From: a virus
Lineage: Duplodnaviria > Caudoviricetes
Virus record (IMG/VR): IMGVR_UViG_3300032266_000202
Span: 1 to 40,156 of that record
DNA length: 40,156 nucleotides
Direction: 5' to 3' (one strand)
Within the stretch, counting starts at the first letter, position 1, and every line of letters begins with the position of its first letter. This document shows positions 8,571-19,450 of this stretch, one piece after another. Position numbers and translations under genes: made by a program. The notes under the pieces are model-generated. The model did not search any database and was not told the DNA's origin. It saw only the letters and a list, made by a program, of their open reading frames with translations.

Positions 8571-9044
8571 TTAGTTAAAAGAATTCACACCCATGATGGC
8601 GCTGAGTTCTTCCGCGCTCTTTGCGTTGGCGATTCGTGCTGCTACATCTTCGTCAAAGGCTGGTGCCTGAGAACTAGATACAACATCGTTGATTCGCTTC
8701 TGTGCTGCGAGTGCTGGGTTGACATTGGCAGGAGCATTGTCCTGTTCGCCATCTGTCTTAAGACCAAATACATCGCCATATTCGTTAAGCCAGTTGTTTA
8801 CGGCTTCCTCGGTAGCATCTAAGTCCTGAGGTATAAACGCTGCGATTTTTGGGTTAACACCCTTGGAAGTCAGTACATCCTTTACGGTGCGCTGACGATT
8901 CTGCGCTTTGGCTTGGTTCGCTTCTTGTTCAAGTTCCTTGAGGCGCTTTTCAAGTGTGCGATTTACCTTGCGTAGTTGCTTGACGACATCTTGAGGTCCA
9001 TCCTCAAAATCAAAATCGTCATCTTCGTCATAGTTGGTAGCCAT
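8571..9044 (-). CDS. Capsid scaffolding protein
   Basis: Acidic N-terminus, coiled coil, immediately upstream of the capsid gene. Confidence 0.75.
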   Translation of the reverse strand: MATNYDEDDDFDFEDGPQDVVKQLRKVNRTLEKRLKELEQEANQAKAQNRQRTVKDVLTSKGVNPKIAAFIPQDLDATEEAVNNWLNEYGDVFGLKTDGEQDNAPANVNPALAAQKRINDVVSSSQAPAFDEDVAARIANAKSAEELSAIMGVNSFN

Positions 9045-9164
9045 CTACCTATCTCCCTTTGTTAGTTGTATTCGCAATCCACAAACAAGGTTCGGGGAAA
9101 CCAAGTTGGCTATTGCTACCAGTCTTTTACACTCCTCAGGGCTGGTGGGTCTGAGTGAGGATTC
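9045..9164 (-). promoter_or_regulatory. Structured 5' leader of the scaffold/capsid genes
   Basis: CTCAG/CTGAG hairpin whose loop ACCAG can pair with downstream CTGGT; second stem GCAAT/ATTGC enclosing GGTT/AACC. Confidence 0.45.
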
Positions 9165-10655
9165 TTATATTCCGCCGTAATTACTTTTTAGCGATTGTGC
9201 TCCAACGCCAGTGCTGCCACTAAAGCGTGCTGCTTCTCGTGCTGCTCTGCGTTGTGACCGTAGTAATTCTTCTGTATCTTGACCAATTACTGCTGTAACA
9301 GCATTGAGGTCTTTGTAAGTTTTGTCGCCTTCAATAGAAGCAAGGTTGCCTTGGACATTAGCCAAGTTACGAGCCTTGCCAAATTCTGCATTAAGTGACA
9401 TAAGGTCTTGTGTGCCAGAAGCGTTAACAAATGATTCAGCCACACCAACATTTTCTTTACCCTTGAATTCGCCAAAACCTGCAGCAATAGCAGCAGCGCC
9501 GATTTCAGCAGCACGGGCTTCTTTCTTTACAATGTCCATACCCAGGGTTGGGTCAAGAAGGAAGGCAATAGCACCACCCTTTGATACACCGTAGTAGTCT
9601 TGAAGCGCTGAGGTTACATCTGAGTTCTTATCAACTCTATCCTTAGCAATCTGTACACGCTGTTCAAATTCAACAGGTGATACTTCTGCACCAATGTACT
9701 TGCCTAATTGAGCACGAGTGCCAAAGGTTGCAGTATCTATGCCATAGGCACGAAGCACTTGCTCGTAGCCACGCTCCATTGAAATGTATGTAGCCTCATT
9801 GACTGCACGACCTGCGGAAGCAAGGGTAGCCATAGCAGGGAAACGAGCCTTGTAAGCATCTGTTCCTACTAAGTTAATTTTAATTTGTGCAGCGGTCATA
9901 TCTTGTTTGATATAACCATCAATAGTATCAACCAAAGAATCTAGTCCAGCCAATTTAAGGCTTACTCTGAAATCGTCAAGGGCTGTAGAAACATTAGCCT
10001 GGTTGTTAGCCTTCTGGTCTAATTGAAACTGAGTAAGCGCTCCAGCAACAGCAACCTTAATTTGAGCATCTACTTCTTCTTGGCTAAGTCCAGCACTTGC
10101 AAGAACCCAACCTGCATTGTTATCCCAAGTATAATTATTGCCATCTGGTTTTGGTGGTTGCACCCAATTAGTGCCGTTCCAAATCCATGCTTTACCTGGT
10201 GAACCAGTTGGCGTGGTATTAGAATCTGCTACAGGTGTAGAACCATCTGCAGCCTTACCACTAGCATCAACATCTACTGGACCGTTTTTAGTTTGAACAG
10301 TTCCAGCCTTTTTCCATGTGCCAGCAGGTGGCGGAGTTGTAGTTGTTGTATAACCAGTAGATGTACGAGTTGTGCCTACAGGAATAGGACCAATAAATGA
10401 AGTTGATGGAGTTGTTGGATATGTAATAGTCGGAGTAAAGTTTGGCACTGGACCAGAAGCAGCAGCAACACCAGCAGCAGTTGTTGTATTAACGGTTGGT
10501 GTAGTTGCTTTAGCAGCGGGTAGTGTAATTACCTGTCCAGGTTTAATAAGATTAGGGTTAGTAATTTGTGGGTTGGCAGCAACAATCTTTGCTACTGTTG
10601 TATTGTTGGCTGCAGCAATTCCGCTGAGCGTGTCACCTGCTTTTACAACTGGCAT
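9165..10655 (-). CDS. LysM-domain internal virion (ejection) protein
   Basis: N-terminal LysM (VVKAGDTLSGIA...NPQITNPNLIKPGQVITLP), Thr/Pro linker, helical C-terminus. Confidence 0.8.
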   Translation of the reverse strand: MPVVKAGDTLSGIAAANNTTVAKIVAANPQITNPNLIKPGQVITLPAAKATTPTVNTTTAAGVAAASGPVPNFTPTITYPTTPSTSFIGPIPVGTTRTSTGYTTTTTPPPAGTWKKAGTVQTKNGPVDVDASGKAADGSTPVADSNTTPTGSPGKAWIWNGTNWVQPPKPDGNNYTWDNNAGWVLASAGLSQEEVDAQIKVAVAGALTQFQLDQKANNQANVSTALDDFRVSLKLAGLDSLVDTIDGYIKQDMTAAQIKINLVGTDAYKARFPAMATLASAGRAVNEATYISMERGYEQVLRAYGIDTATFGTRAQLGKYIGAEVSPVEFEQRVQIAKDRVDKNSDVTSALQDYYGVSKGGAIAFLLDPTLGMDIVKKEARAAEIGAAAIAAGFGEFKGKENVGVAESFVNASGTQDLMSLNAEFGKARNLANVQGNLASIEGDKTYKDLNAVTAVIGQDTEELLRSQRRAAREAARFSGSTGVGAQSLKSNYGGI

Positions 10656-12748
10656 TATCCTAGGAATCCAAACTGCTTCATCAAATCAAGCGCTGTATTT
10701 GAGTAGGTTTCTTTTGCGTTCTTTGTGCGTTGCCACAGTGGGTCTTGCTTTACTTGCTTTGTAAAGTCTGCAAAAGTATATGCAACGCCTTTGTCTTTGT
10801 TCATAACTTTAGACATAAGGTCGTTCCATGTAATGTTGGTCGGGTCAATCTCAAGTAGGTCAGCCATTTGTTTGCGGTATGCACCAGTCACATCGTAAAG
10901 AGTGCGACCTTCTTTAAGTGAAGCAGCAAAGGCTGGGTTAGCATCAATAGACTTTTGCTTGATATTGTTGAGATACCACTGTGCATCTTTGCCATCTGTA
11001 GGATTAAGCAAGTCATGGTTGATGGTATCTAATTCATTTTTATCTAATGACAAACCATAGTTAAGAGCCTGTCGTTTAATTTGGTCAACATAAGAACCAA
11101 GGGTTCCGCCACCAGTAAAGATAATCTCTGACTTAGTAGCAAGGTGCTGTGAAAGTTGGTTATCATCCCAGCCATTTTGCATAGCCTGGGCAGCAATACC
11201 TTTAATAATTTCTGTATTGTTAACTACTTTGCCAGTTACTGGGTCAATGTCATTTACTTTAATACCAAGCAAATCCATCTTTGCTTGGATAGTATCAATC
11301 TTATTAAGCATTGATTGTGCAAATGTTGCAGCATTGCGTGGGTCGTGTGAGTCAATAAAAAATTGACGAAGGGTAGGAAAAGTTTGTTGCCACCAAGCAG
11401 TGTTTTTTATGGCTTCCATAAAAGTGGCTTCGTTCCACTTTTGTGTTTTAGCCGTAGCAATCAAATCATCAATTTGTTTCTTTTGTTTAGGGTCATCAAT
11501 GCCAGTTGCAAATGTTTGTTTAAGTGCAGAAATCCAAATACCTTTAGGGTCTGAACCAGCACCCATGGCTGGAGGTGTTTGCACTCCACCTGAACTTGTG
11601 CTGCCACCTGTATTTCCTCCAGTAGCACCACCAGTATTACCACCTGTTGTTCTACCTGTGTTACCACCAGTAGTAGAAGAACCACTTGGCTTGATTGTTG
11701 TTCCTTTTTCGTAGGCAGATGTGCCAGGAACTAGACTTTCACCATTGGGTCCATAACGAACTTCTGGTGCATTATCTTTTCCAGCAGCAGGTGCAACCGT
11801 TGGGTTAGCACCATCAAAATTATTAAGAGCATCTTGCGCTTTTTTGCGTTGGTCAGGTGTTCCGTAGTCTTTAGCACGCTGTAAAGCATCAACAAGTTTT
11901 TGGCGCTTGGATGCGTTTTCTTCGCTTTTAACAGCGCTCTGTGCTTTATTCTTTTGTTCAAAAGCAGCAGCAGATTCTGCACTTACTTTCTTTAAACCAG
12001 CAAGTGCATTGTTATATGCAGTTGAACCTGGTTTTTCTTTATTAAGAATTTTAATAAAATAATCCATTGACATAGCACGAGAACGGTCATCGGCTGCAGC
12101 CTTTTGGTCTGGCGTAGTACGGTCTGCATTGTATGCACCAGCCATACGCTCAAGGTTAAGTTCGTATTCAGTCTTAGCCTTAGGTTCAGCAGGTTTTTCT
12201 GCTGCCTTAACGGGTGGTGTCTCAAGACCAGCGTACTTGTACCAATCGCCCCATGTCTTAATACCTGATGGAACTACATATTTTAATGTAAGTTTATTGA
12301 GGTTAGAAATCTCATCCTCAGGGTTGTGATATTGTGTCTTAATCCAGTCAATAAATTTTGGGTCGTTAGATTTACGGTTAGCCTTTTCTTCTGCAGCCTT
12401 TGCTTCTGCTGCTTTCTTAGCAGCATCTTCATCTGCCTTTTTTTTGGCTTCCGCTGCTTTTTGCTTCTTGGCGTATTCCTCAGGGTTCTGCACCTTGTAG
12501 TCAACAGCCTTAATTTCTTTGTCAGTAACTTTTTCTGCTACAGCATTTGAGCGTGCAGCAGCAAGGACTTCTCCCCATGTATCAAAGTATTGAAGAACAT
12601 AAGACTTATTAGATGCAGACTTATCATAAGTGCTGATTGTACTTGCAGCGCCATGTTCCTTGGCAGCCTTGCGTGCATACTCATAGAAAGATAATGCAGC
12701 ATCTTTGCCTGCAGGAAGGTTCTTGTCGTTATATTTTGCTAATGCCAT
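10655..12748 (-). CDS. Probable internal virion (ejection) protein
   Basis: 697 aa, Ala/Lys-rich and helical with a Gly/Thr linker; lies between portal and scaffold genes. Confidence 0.65.
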   Translation of the reverse strand: MALAKYNDKNLPAGKDAALSFYEYARKAAKEHGAASTISTYDKSASNKSYVLQYFDTWGEVLAAARSNAVAEKVTDKEIKAVDYKVQNPEEYAKKQKAAEAKKKADEDAAKKAAEAKAAEEKANRKSNDPKFIDWIKTQYHNPEDEISNLNKLTLKYVVPSGIKTWGDWYKYAGLETPPVKAAEKPAEPKAKTEYELNLERMAGAYNADRTTPDQKAAADDRSRAMSMDYFIKILNKEKPGSTAYNNALAGLKKVSAESAAAFEQKNKAQSAVKSEENASKRQKLVDALQRAKDYGTPDQRKKAQDALNNFDGANPTVAPAAGKDNAPEVRYGPNGESLVPGTSAYEKGTTIKPSGSSTTGGNTGRTTGGNTGGATGGNTGGSTSSGGVQTPPAMGAGSDPKGIWISALKQTFATGIDDPKQKKQIDDLIATAKTQKWNEATFMEAIKNTAWWQQTFPTLRQFFIDSHDPRNAATFAQSMLNKIDTIQAKMDLLGIKVNDIDPVTGKVVNNTEIIKGIAAQAMQNGWDDNQLSQHLATKSEIIFTGGGTLGSYVDQIKRQALNYGLSLDKNELDTINHDLLNPTDGKDAQWYLNNIKQKSIDANPAFAASLKEGRTLYDVTGAYRKQMADLLEIDPTNITWNDLMSKVMNKDKGVAYTFADFTKQVKQDPLWQRTKNAKETYSNTALDLMKQFGFLG

Positions 12749-13119
12749 TATTGACGAACCTTTCTTACATCGGCAGCCACTGCGTTATACATGGCATCTA
12801 AGTATTTGTTATCTTCACGAGCCTGATATTCTGGAAGATTCTGTACAAAATTTGCAATAGCCTGTTGACGACCAGCAGAACTTGTATCTGAACTTTGCTT
12901 CATGGCAATACCTAATGCTTTGGCATAATCATTACCAGCAGCAGAACGACCTAGTAACTGTTGAAATACATTTTGAACATCAGCATCGCCCTCTTGCTTT
13001 GTGTATACAGCAGCGGTTCCACCTGTTACCGATGGTGCCATACCTATTAAGGCTTTAAGGTCAACAACGCTTGAGTTGTTGGCTGTGCTACTACTTGTCA
13101 CTTTAGGCTTAGTTGTCAT
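12748..13119 (-). CDS. Hypothetical virion protein
   Basis: 123 aa, TAATG coupling on both sides. Confidence 0.7.
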   Translation of the reverse strand: MTTKPKVTSSSTANNSSVVDLKALIGMAPSVTGGTAAVYTKQEGDADVQNVFQQLLGRSAAGNDYAKALGIAMKQSSDTSSAGRQQAIANFVQNLPEYQAREDNKYLDAMYNAVAADVRKVRQ

Positions 13120-16100
13120 TAAATTACCACCGTATCATTTGCAAAGTAACGATTGAGGAAACTCTCAGTCTCTGGGGAACCAACAATTAGTTGTGTCTTA
13201 TACTTATCTAGCACCCAAACAAGGTCTGAGTTTGAATTAGCAGTCATGCTGCGGGAACCGCCTGCTGCTTTGCGTTCCTCAAGTATAGCCTGCATTTGCT
13301 TACGAGCATCAAGATAAAGCGCCATGTTTTTAACAACTGTGCGGTTACCGTTTTGAGCCATCCATTTTTTATCTGCAAGTGCTGATTCAAGAACTTCGGT
13401 ACGGCGTGCATATTTAGCGCGGTCAGGAGATGCGTACTCTGAATACCAATCAAGGTTATCCTTAGCCATCTGCTGTAGCCATACTCCCTTTGCTGCTTGA
13501 ACCTGGTTCATGCGTGGGTCATTGTCAGTTTCAATACCGTTTTGAATCTTGTAAGAATTGATTTGATTCATAAGGCTTTGATACTGAGTCCAACCCTTTT
13601 TAACATTGGCTTCAATCTGGAGTTCTCCAGGGGTGCGACTCTGACGGTAGTTAGAACCTGCGCCTGGGGCTGAACCATGGCTATATTGCCACTTATATGC
13701 AGCCTGGCTAAATGTGTACTTACCATCACCATCATCTGCAAGAAATCCCATAAGTTCTGGAACACTGCTAGATGTAGCCTGAGCCATAAGGTTATTAAAT
13801 TTCTTAAGGTTCTGGACAGTACCAATGCTTGCCTCTAACCCGCCTTCGTTCTTTGAAAGGCTAACTGTTGCCTCAAAGTAATCAGGATACATGCGGAGAA
13901 ATTCAGACTCTGCCTTACCAAATACGCGTTTCATCTCGCCAGTCTTTGGGTCTGGCTCTTGATAGTTAGCATACTTAACTTGCATCTGACGAAATTGTTG
14001 CTGGTAAAAATCTAGGGTAGGCGTGATAGCAAATGGAGCAGAAATGCTTGTTAATGCACGAAGAAAATAAAACTTGTTTGTTCGTGATGTAACTTCGTCA
14101 ACCGTAGGAGCATCTGTTCGTTCGCCCTTGTTATATCGGTATGTTTCGTAGTTAAGCATCTGATTAAAAGTGCGAACATAAAGTTCATCTTTACGCCATA
14201 CTGTAGATAATCGGCGCAAGGCTGACGGCGTAAACAAATCTGTTGCATTGTTTGGCATACCCGCTGGGAAGAAACTTTTAAGGGCATCTTCCAAAGAAGG
14301 TTGTTGCTTAAGAATTAAATATGCTGGCAATACAGCAAATGGACCAAACCCTGGGTTACCTGCGTTACCCTGAGTAATTACATCAAGGCTTGACAATGGG
14401 ATGTTGATTGTTTTAAAAGAATCTTCAACAACACCGCGCCATGATTTAGGCAGGGAATCAATAAAACCTTGTGGCACCTTGACAACAAGATTACTTGTGC
14501 GGTCAACCTTTGTAGCATCAGTAATTTGGTTACCATCTTGGTCTACAACCATTTGACCATGTACAACCTGAGCCACTGTACGCGCTGCTGTAGCAACAAT
14601 GGCTGGTTCCTCGGCAATCATGCCAGACCAGCGCTTTGCTGTGTTTTCAAATGCTGCATAGAACGGAAACAACAATTTCATTGTTTGTGAAGATGATGCA
14701 CCTGTACGGCGAACGATTGTAAAGAGTGTGCGTTCTACTTCTTGACGAGCAAATTCACGAGCAGCCTTAACTGCACGGTTAGTCTCATCAACAGTTAAAC
14801 CTTCTTTGCCAGCAAATTCTGACATAGCAGCAATGTTCTTGCGAAGCCTGTCCTCATACACCGCATTGACCAGTGGATGACGAGCAAAAATATCTTCTGG
14901 CATTGAGCCAAGGAATCGCATAACACGGCGGTTAATGGTGTCAATAAGGCGCTCTTGGTCCTTGTACTCTTTTGAAGTGGTAACAAGTAATCCATTGAGT
15001 GGTGTCAAACCTTCTGGGTTTTTACCAAAGCGGTCAACAAGAAACTTCTGAACATCTCCACCTGTAAGCGGTTTGCCACTAGCCTTCATTGTCATAAGCA
15101 TTTCAGCAGTCTCTGCATCTGGGATGTATGCACGCACAGCGCCACGAGTAGTCTGAATCTTGTCAAGCAAATGCTCGTCAAGTTCTCCGCCCTTAATCTT
15201 TGTAAAACCGTAACCTTCGCCTACGCGAGTGTAAGTGTTGTTGGCGTAAAGGCTGCCTTCATGTGTCTTAAACCAGCGAAGCAATGATTCGTCAGTGCCA
15301 CCTTTTAGAATTTGCTCAACTACTGGGTCCATTACTCCAGACTCAGGGTTGCGAAAATGCATGTTAAGGATGTTAGCCCAACCTTGGAAATACTGTGGGT
15401 CATTAGGTTGTATTAGACGAACTGTACGAGAACCAATGCCTGTGCTAAATGCCATCTCTTGTGAAGCAACCATGGCGTTCCATGTTTGCTCTGCAGATGT
15501 ACGACCAAGGAACCATGAAGCATTTTCAAATACCTTAGGCAATTCGTATGAGTGACCATTGGCATCAATCGTTGTTGTACCGTAGCCAAGGCGTTGTTTA
15601 ACAGCATTTGATTCAGCAATATCAACACGAGAGCCAATGCGTGTAGCCATGTCATCAAGATGAGCATGTGCTGTTGCATACATACGAGCAAGATTTTCAG
15701 CAGCATCTTCAACGCCATTGTTAATCATTGCTTGTACATTGTCCTTAGTATAATAAGGAGATACAGCAAGGTCATTTCTATTTGAACGGTCACGCTTTAA
15801 TTGAGCACGGCGAGCCAAACGGCGGTCACCGCGAGTTGCAAATTTAGGTTCTTCTGTGACAACTGGAATTGGCTCTGCCATCTTAGCCTTAAGATAACGG
15901 TCAACTTCTGCAGTACGACCATCTGCCCCAACAGCCTCAGGCAATGCAATGTGTGACACACCGCCAGCCTTGCGGTCATCAAGAACTACAGCGCGACCAT
16001 AACCATTTTCACGCATGTGGGTAAGTACTGGGTCATTTGGATTGCTCCAGCCTTTTGACTTAATCCAGTTGCGCCACTCGGATTGTCCACCTGGAAAAGC

Positions 16101-18881
16101 AGACTCACGAAGTTCAACAGGAATATCTGCCCACTTAGTCATGTATAAAGGTTTGCCATATACACGGTAAGGTTCAACTTTACCTGCTGTAGCGTTCACT
16201 CGGAACACTGGGCGGTTAGACCAATTCTTAAACAAAACTGTTTCAACTTCATCAGTCTCAAGAGCAAGCACAAGTGTCTTGTAATCAATGCTCTTGACTT
16301 CACGCCACTTGCCCATAGAATCTTTAATCTCAACTTTGCGACCAGCGTTAACAGCATCAATCATATCTGACTGGAGTTTGAGAGTTGCTTCGTTAAGAAC
16401 ATCAGCACGCTTTTCGGTTGTAGCACCTTTGCCTAAACGACCAGGGCGACCAGTAGGTGTTGGGATGTACTGTTCAGTTGAGTGGATAGTTCCACCTTCT
16501 GCATAACGGCGAGCAATCCCAGGTGATGCAGATGTAGCAAGTGCTTTAGTTGAATCAAGTGCCATAGGTCCAGTAGACCCGTGGTATAAAGTTACAGATT
16601 CTAAATCAGCAAGAACTCCACGAAGGGTTGCAAGTTCTGTTTCAAACGCTAGCGGTAACGCTTCTCCTGGACCAGCACCTGCTGCACCAAGTTCAGCCTC
16701 AAGACCACGAACTGTCTTGCCAACCTTTGTAGCATTTTCAATCTCAGCAATACGCTCTGATACAGCCTTAGCCAACTGTTGGCGTGACTGGTCAATAGAA
16801 CGCAACTTGTCTGCTTCGTGGGCAAACTCAGATTGCAATACCTTAATGTCATCTGCGCGACCAAGAGTAACATTTACATGGTCAGCGAGGCGTGAGAATC
16901 CAACCTTGCGGTTTGTAAGAAAACGACCAAGGGCTTCTTTACCACCAGAGGCAACGATTGCTGGCATAGCAAAACCTTTAGCCAACATAGATAGTTGCGC
17001 TTCTGTAAGGTTACGAACTGTATAACCAAGGCGCATAAGTACGGAAGTCTTGAAGATGTCGTTTACTGTATCAAGCACAGCAGCACCCTTGGCTCCACGA
17101 ATTGCACCAGCCTCAACATCAATACCTGAAAGAAGGCTTGGAAGAACCTTGCTATGTGCATCAATACCGTACTTCAACTTGCGAAGGTCAGCAATGACAA
17201 CTGTGTTAGCAGATTCAGAACGAAGAACTGGAAGGCTTATAGCATGCTGTAGTTGGTCGCCGTCAAAGTAAGACAGGTATCCCTGATTCTTCATCTTGTC
17301 AATAGCGGTAGCACGGCGTGCATCATAAATCTGATAGATTTTTCTAAGTTCATCATCAGTGTAACCAGGGAACAAATGCTCAATAGCCTTTGCTTCTGCC
17401 CTAGAAATTACATCAAGGCGTTCACCTTCTGTTGCAGCGTTAAGATACTTGTCTGCAAAAATCTTGGCATCTTCACCAAATGTACCTTTAGAAAGGTCAT
17501 TGGCTTCACGAAGAAATACATTAAACTCGCGGTATGAGTTACCATCATTGACATTAAATACACCACTTGGGCGTTCTTCTTTAAAGTAATTGATTACCTT
17601 AATCGCTGGGTGCAGGCTTGTCTTTTGAATAATAAAAGATTCACCTTCACCAAATGTACGGGCAGCCTCTTTCTTGCCAGCCTTGATTGAGGCACCCTTA
17701 GAAAGTCCTCGTTCAAAACCATAACGAAATTCTGTTCCACCTGTAGAAACCTGGTCAAGCGCATTGCGATAGCGTGTATCTGTTTCAGCAAGATTCTTAA
17801 CATAGGCTGTCATAGACTCTGCGTATGTTGGCGATACAAGAATATCTCCATCAAGTTTGCCGTTAAGCATTTCAAGATGTGCGTGAGACTGTTGGCTAAG
17901 TGCATCAAGAACAAGAGCAGCCTCTGGGTCTTTAGTTGCAATCTCAGACATAGCCTTAGCATCTTGCCCAAGCACAGCCTTAAATGTGGCTACAACTTCT
18001 TCTGGAGTATTGGCACGACCAAAGAGGTATGCCATAGCATCTGGATTAGTTACTTTCTTTTTAGCCCAGTATCCAGCCTGACTAGCAGCATCTGCATCTG
18101 CAAGGAACTTAATATCTTCTGCAGCACGGGCTGAACCCTTTGCTCCTTCTGATGTGATGTACTCAAGACCTTGGTTAAGGTCACGAGCCATTGTTTCATT
18201 ACTTGCAGCAAACTTACCAAAGACAGCGCGAGACAACTTGCCGTTGATATTCTCATAGCGCAGACCCTTGCTTGCGATGACTGCACCCTTACCTAAGAAA
18301 CCAGTAACAGTCAATGGGTCAATAAAAATAGTTGCAGTTAAATCTTCTGCACCTGAAATAAACTTACCTAAAGCCTGGTCTTTAAACGCAGCCTGACGGT
18401 CATCTGGGTTGAATATATCAAAGCCCGATGACATGAAGCGTAAGTTGTTATCAGTCCAGTCAGCAAACCAACCGTTCTTATCTCCTGAGTTTTTTCCAGG
18501 ACTTAAGACAGAAAGTGCAGCCTGACCAAGAGAAATTTTTTCTTTGTTCTCAGCCACACGCTGGCGATAAGAGTCGTATGATTCGCCTTCGTTCTTGTAC
18601 TTGTTGTACATAAACGGAGTATCAAGGATGCCTTGTTCAATGTTACGGCGTGCCCAACCACCTGCTTCGTAGGACTTTTCTCCTACATAAAATAAACCTT
18701 TAACAGCACCACGCACTGGAGTGGTACCAATTTTGGCTACATCTTTAACTACATTAAGACCATCAACATACCATGGGTCGCTATCTGAAAGTGATGTAGA
18801 AACATCGTGCATAAGTCCTGATACACCAGTGAAATCGGCAATGCCTTTAGCCATTTTGCCTAAGGAGTCGGTCCAAGTCAT
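13119..18881 (-). CDS. Large internal virion protein (1920 aa) with a central ADP-ribosyltransferase-like domain
   Basis: Size and position typical of podovirus ejection proteins; LYHGS...P.IARRYA...GKVEPY...GY motif order. Confidence 0.75.
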   Translation of the reverse strand: MTWTDSLGKMAKGIADFTGVSGLMHDVSTSLSDSDPWYVDGLNVVKDVAKIGTTPVRGAVKGLFYVGEKSYEAGGWARRNIEQGILDTPFMYNKYKNEGESYDSYRQRVAENKEKISLGQAALSVLSPGKNSGDKNGWFADWTDNNLRFMSSGFDIFNPDDRQAAFKDQALGKFISGAEDLTATIFIDPLTVTGFLGKGAVIASKGLRYENINGKLSRAVFGKFAASNETMARDLNQGLEYITSEGAKGSARAAEDIKFLADADAASQAGYWAKKKVTNPDAMAYLFGRANTPEEVVATFKAVLGQDAKAMSEIATKDPEAALVLDALSQQSHAHLEMLNGKLDGDILVSPTYAESMTAYVKNLAETDTRYRNALDQVSTGGTEFRYGFERGLSKGASIKAGKKEAARTFGEGESFIIQKTSLHPAIKVINYFKEERPSGVFNVNDGNSYREFNVFLREANDLSKGTFGEDAKIFADKYLNAATEGERLDVISRAEAKAIEHLFPGYTDDELRKIYQIYDARRATAIDKMKNQGYLSYFDGDQLQHAISLPVLRSESANTVVIADLRKLKYGIDAHSKVLPSLLSGIDVEAGAIRGAKGAAVLDTVNDIFKTSVLMRLGYTVRNLTEAQLSMLAKGFAMPAIVASGGKEALGRFLTNRKVGFSRLADHVNVTLGRADDIKVLQSEFAHEADKLRSIDQSRQQLAKAVSERIAEIENATKVGKTVRGLEAELGAAGAGPGEALPLAFETELATLRGVLADLESVTLYHGSTGPMALDSTKALATSASPGIARRYAEGGTIHSTEQYIPTPTGRPGRLGKGATTEKRADVLNEATLKLQSDMIDAVNAGRKVEIKDSMGKWREVKSIDYKTLVLALETDEVETVLFKNWSNRPVFRVNATAGKVEPYRVYGKPLYMTKWADIPVELRESAFPGGQSEWRNWIKSKGWSNPNDPVLTHMRENGYGRAVVLDDRKAGGVSHIALPEAVGADGRTAEVDRYLKAKMAEPIPVVTEEPKFATRGDRRLARRAQLKRDRSNRNDLAVSPYYTKDNVQAMINNGVEDAAENLARMYATAHAHLDDMATRIGSRVDIAESNAVKQRLGYGTTTIDANGHSYELPKVFENASWFLGRTSAEQTWNAMVASQEMAFSTGIGSRTVRLIQPNDPQYFQGWANILNMHFRNPESGVMDPVVEQILKGGTDESLLRWFKTHEGSLYANNTYTRVGEGYGFTKIKGGELDEHLLDKIQTTRGAVRAYIPDAETAEMLMTMKASGKPLTGGDVQKFLVDRFGKNPEGLTPLNGLLVTTSKEYKDQERLIDTINRRVMRFLGSMPEDIFARHPLVNAVYEDRLRKNIAAMSEFAGKEGLTVDETNRAVKAAREFARQEVERTLFTIVRRTGASSSQTMKLLFPFYAAFENTAKRWSGMIAEEPAIVATAARTVAQVVHGQMVVDQDGNQITDATKVDRTSNLVVKVPQGFIDSLPKSWRGVVEDSFKTINIPLSSLDVITQGNAGNPGFGPFAVLPAYLILKQQPSLEDALKSFFPAGMPNNATDLFTPSALRRLSTVWRKDELYVRTFNQMLNYETYRYNKGERTDAPTVDEVTSRTNKFYFLRALTSISAPFAITPTLDFYQQQFRQMQVKYANYQEPDPKTGEMKRVFGKAESEFLRMYPDYFEATVSLSKNEGGLEASIGTVQNLKKFNNLMAQATSSSVPELMGFLADDGDGKYTFSQAAYKWQYSHGSAPGAGSNYRQSRTPGELQIEANVKKGWTQYQSLMNQINSYKIQNGIETDNDPRMNQVQAAKGVWLQQMAKDNLDWYSEYASPDRAKYARRTEVLESALADKKWMAQNGNRTVVKNMALYLDARKQMQAILEERKAAGGSRSMTANSNSDLVWVLDKYKTQLIVGSPETESFLNRYFANDTVVI

Positions 18882-19342
18882 CCTTGTTCGGTTCCCGCTT
18901 GTGTAACTTGTGATTGCATCCAGCGCACATAGTTTCGTGTGGCATTAGATGCAGTAGGTGATTCTGCAATTTGCTGATAGATAGGAAGGAGTGCAGCCAA
19001 CTTAGCAATATCTTCGTTGTTCTGAGCAGCAAGCATCATAGATGATTGCAATGCTTCTGGACCAGCGCCAGCACCAAGTGCTGCACCAGTAGATACTGGT
19101 TCATCTGGTCTACGAGTTTTGGCATCAAGTGGAATAACATCTTCACGCATAGACATTGGCATACTGCCACGAGTAACAGGAATATCAACACCAGATTTAT
19201 TCATTTTGGCTGCTGTTTGTAGTTCCATGTTCTCTTGTCCTTCGCCATAGGCTCCACCAGCCATGTATTGCGCTGGTTGTCCTGCTGACCCTGCACCGCC
19301 AGTGGCGGATACTGTGAAATTACTTGATGCTGTTTTTGCCAT
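18878..19342 (-). CDS. Hypothetical virion protein
   Basis: 154 aa, AAGGA RBS, ATGA overlap with the downstream gene. Confidence 0.75.
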   Translation of the reverse strand: MAKTASSNFTVSATGGAGSAGQPAQYMAGGAYGEGQENMELQTAAKMNKSGVDIPVTRGSMPMSMREDVIPLDAKTRRPDEPVSTGAALGAGAGPEALQSSMMLAAQNNEDIAKLAALLPIYQQIAESPTASNATRNYVRWMQSQVTQAGTEQG

Positions 19343-19377
19343 TTTATATCCTTCGCTATAAGAGCGTTAATGTTGGT

Positions 19378-19402
19378 GAGTAGTTTTGCTCATACTCAGG
19401 AG
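19378..19402 (-). ncRNA. Putative H-type pseudoknot element, copy 2
   Basis: Minus strand CTC-CT-GAGTA-T-GAG-CAAAAC-TACTC; compensatory changes relative to copy 1. Confidence 0.65.
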
Positions 19403-19450
19403 GATTCGCCACTTATTTATAGTTGCTGTACGGTGGCAACTGCGCGAAAC

